Source of the DNA: Podarcis melisellensis
Taxonomy: Eukaryota
Assembly (NCBI GenBank): GCA_964234715.1
Contig: OZ174282.1
DNA: 64,000 bases
Reading direction: 5' to 3' (one strand)
Shown here: positions 61,533 to 64,000 of the stretch, one piece after another
How positions within the stretch are numbered: the first letter of the stretch is position 1
Layout of the letters: every line of letters begins with the position of its first letter
Program-made: the position numbers and the translations under genes
The notes under the pieces: model-generated
Told to the model about the DNA's origin: nothing
Database searches by the model: none
What the model saw: the letters and a program-made list of their open reading frames with translations, nothing else

Positions 61533-61581
61533 AATAAAATGTAAAGTGAAACTGATCTGGTGGTGTGGCCTTGCTAATAAA
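61533..61581 (+). terminator. Candidate SPIRE2 polyadenylation signals (AATAAA 61533 and 61576; another at 61922)
   Basis: AATAAA preceded by TGTA elements in AT-rich sequence, about 3.3 kb after the stop and before the TCF25 promoter. Confidence 0.6.
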
Positions 61582-62423
61582 CACCTCTGGGCAGTGAGAG
61601 GTTTCAGATTCATCCAGCTCTAGTGGTGACTGATGGTGCTTTCTGTGATATATATATTTGCACATATATAAAGGGTTGAGTGGGAGCATTAAGACTCCAA
61701 GAAATCCTGTTCCCCAATACCGTAACTTTGGATTCTCAGTGAGCAAGTCAGGCCTCTACACCTCTTCCCAGCTCCAGACCCAAGACTGCCAGATTCTGTT
61801 GTTCTCTTTCACACCTTCATGATGTCAGAGGCTGAGAACTCCTACCTGAGTGACAGCTTTTTCTCTAGAAACTGAGAAGTGGCTTCCAGGTGTGCCTATA
61901 TATGCAACAACGTCCTGGATTAATAAAAAAGCAATAATGCAAACAGATAATTTCTATTAGTCCTAAATATTTTTATTGCCATTTTCCTTTTTACAGTGTC
62001 TCCCAGTTACAAGGAGTGTGATAGCAAAAATCTGAAATAGCATTTTGATAAAATAGAAATCACTGTTAGTTATTTCTCTTACACTTCTAAATGAAGTAAC
62101 AGTGCCTATCACCCAATTTACTGCACTCTGTAGCTCAGGGGGGAAAACAAGAGCAACAACAACATCAGAATATACAAGATCACTGTGGTATTTATACATG
62201 TTTCTACATTTCCCAAGCTTGAATGAGCAGTTTCTTCAGAAAGCCAACTAAATTAATAAAAGGCCAAATGAAAGGGTATAGAGTCTAGTTTTGTTTGACC
62301 TTGCCTGCGTTTCAGTTGATGAGTAATCTTTTCCACAACGGCAGTTCTAACCACATTAAACCAAGCAGTCAAAGGCCCAGATACAAGAGAACGATGCTCC
62401 TTTATTTTCCTCAATCTCAATAT

Positions 62424-62662
62424 CCACCCCAACTTGGGTGACTTTAAAAGAGAATTAGGCACATTCATGGAGGGCGCGGCTATCGACGGCTACGAGCCAC
62501 GACGCCTGGGCTTCCTATCCGTAGTTGGAGGCAGCGATGTTTCTGAATACCAGTTGCTGGAGACCACAGGAGGGGAGAGCGCTCTGGTGCTCGGGTCCCG
62601 CTTGCGAGAGCTTGGATGCGGGACCAGATGGCCGGATCCAAGAAGCTCTTCCTTCGCTCTTA
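62424..62662 (+). mobile_element. CR1 3' fragment at the edge of the TCF25 CpG island
   Basis: Aligns by eye with 38835-39110. Confidence 0.8.
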
Positions 62663-63340
62663 ATTCCAGCTGGAATCGAGGACCTGCGGACACGCAGCCC
62701 AAGGCGAAAGCTTTGCTCTGCAGCCGCGACTTATTGCCGCACGGTCCTGGTGGAATCAAATATATGACCTGCGCAGGCAAACGAGGCATGCTCAGAGCCG
62801 CCCGACTCGTCGGAGGCGTCCTCTCGGGCAGCGACGCGCACACGTCACGAAGAAGCGCCTCTGCTCTCTTTCGGGTCCTCCAGGCGGCTTCCGGTCCGTC
62901 GGCTTCTCTTGCCCGGGGTGCTACGGTTCTATTATGTCGCGACGGGCCTTGAGGAGGCTGAGGGGGGAGTCGCGGGGGCAGTCGCCTCTGGGAGGCCTCG
63001 ATGTGGGAGGCGGCGGCGAGGAGGAGGAGGAGGAGGAAGAGGACGGAGGAGGTGGAGGAGAAGGCGAGGTGCCGTCGTTGTCGGGGGCTGGAGGCAGCAG
63101 GAGGCGGCCCCGGCAGGAGCCGGCGGGTCGGGTCACCAACCTCTTCGAGCTGGTAAGGGTCGGGTCTGCTGAGCTGCCGCCAGTGTGGCCCTGAAGCGGG
63201 AGGGAGGAGGCTTGCCATAATGGCTCAGGAAGAAGGAGAAGAAGAGGCAAAGGCCCGCCGCCCGCTTCAGCTTCCGCTGCTTTCCCGTAGTAGCCTGGCA
63301 GATGTTTCCAAGAAGCTCAGAAGCGGCAGGGCGTGATGGC
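62470..63340. promoter_or_regulatory. TCF25 CpG island/promoter
   Basis: CpG-rich; NRF1-like TGCGCAGGCA near 62770, CACGTCA near 62841, ETS-like CTTCCGG near 62888. Confidence 0.85.
62934..63152 (+). CDS. TCF25: TCF25 coding exon 1 (ribosome quality control factor, Rqc1 homologue); gene continues beyond window
   Basis: MSRRALRRLRGE N-terminus and NLFEL|GTAAGG exon end match TCF25; synteny after SPIRE2. Confidence 0.95.
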
Positions 63341-63560
63341 AGGCAGCAGGCTTTTTATGCTTCTGAATGCCAGCTGAGAGAGTTGCTGTTGAGCTCCGGT
63401 CCTACTTGCATGCTTCCCATAGGCCTCTTGATGCTGTTGGACTAGATGGCCCTTTGGCCTGATCCAGCAGTTAGGCACTTCTTATGTTCTCCCTACCCCA
63501 GCAAATGGTATTCAGTTGAATACCCTCGCAGTATGTGGAGGTTCCACTGCTGGCTGTCAT

Positions 63561-63911
63561 AAAGGTAAAGGGACCCCTGACCATTAGGTCCAGTCGTGAC
63601 CGACTCTGGGGTTGCAGTGCTCATCTCACTTTATTGGCCGAGGGAGTCGGCGTACAGCTTCCTGGTCATGTGGCCAGCATGACTAAGCCGCTTCTGGCGA
63701 ACCAGAGCAGCGCACGGAAACGCCGTTTACCTTCCCGCCAGAGCGGTACCTATTTATTTATTTGCACTTTGACGTGCTTTCGAACTGCTAGGTTGGCAGG
63801 AGCAGGGACCAAACAATGGGAGCTCACCCCGTCGCGGGGATTCGAACTGCCGACCTTCTGATCGGCAAGCCCTAGGCTCTGTGGTTTAACTCACAGTGCC
63901 ACCCGTGTCCC
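63561..63911 (-). mobile_element. Full-length Sauria SINE in TCF25 intron 1
   Basis: tRNA-like head, ACCTTT tail, TSD T(G/A)GCTGTCATA at 63551 and 63912. Confidence 0.92.
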
Positions 63912-64000
63912 TAGCTGTCATAGCAAATCAGAATTTCCTGACTGATCAGCCCTAAGGTCATGTAGTCCAGCATCCTGTTCCCCATAGTGACCAAGCAAAT

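Noticed and set aside
62434-63250. Long overlapping ORFs (172 aa plus; 242 and 109 aa minus)
   Set aside because: Stop-poor GC-rich island plus CR1 relic; low-complexity translations with no recognisable protein

Overview
Vertebrate genomic DNA, very probably from a lacertid lizard (inferred from Sauria SINE, Squam3-like SINE, CR1, L2, Penelope and MITE content). It covers the conserved FANCA-SPIRE2-TCF25 block (human 16q24.3 synteny, where MC1R and TUBB3 follow TCF25). I traced by hand, with consistent splice phases, FANCA coding exons 1-21 on the minus strand (ATG 21632, 612 codons, gene continues off the left edge), the complete 15-exon SPIRE2 CDS on the plus strand (34974-58192, 751 aa) and TCF25 coding exon 1 (62934-63152). 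Each gene has a CpG-rich promoter. Introns and the 13 kb FANCA-SPIRE2 spacer are mostly transposon relics. Human comparisons are from recalled sequences, not searches. I found no convincing new multi-gene system. The best leads are regulatory: a frame-enforced GC-AG intron in FANCA, stacked and overlapping uORFs at the SPIRE2 start, a CR1 fragment unusually rich in CpG inside the TCF25 promoter island, a decayed Penelope hammerhead ribozyme in the probable SPIRE2 3' UTR, an antisense solo LTR, a possible alternative SPIRE2 first exon, a possible divergent transcript from the FANCA promoter and an orphan 157-aa ORF in FANCA intron 11.
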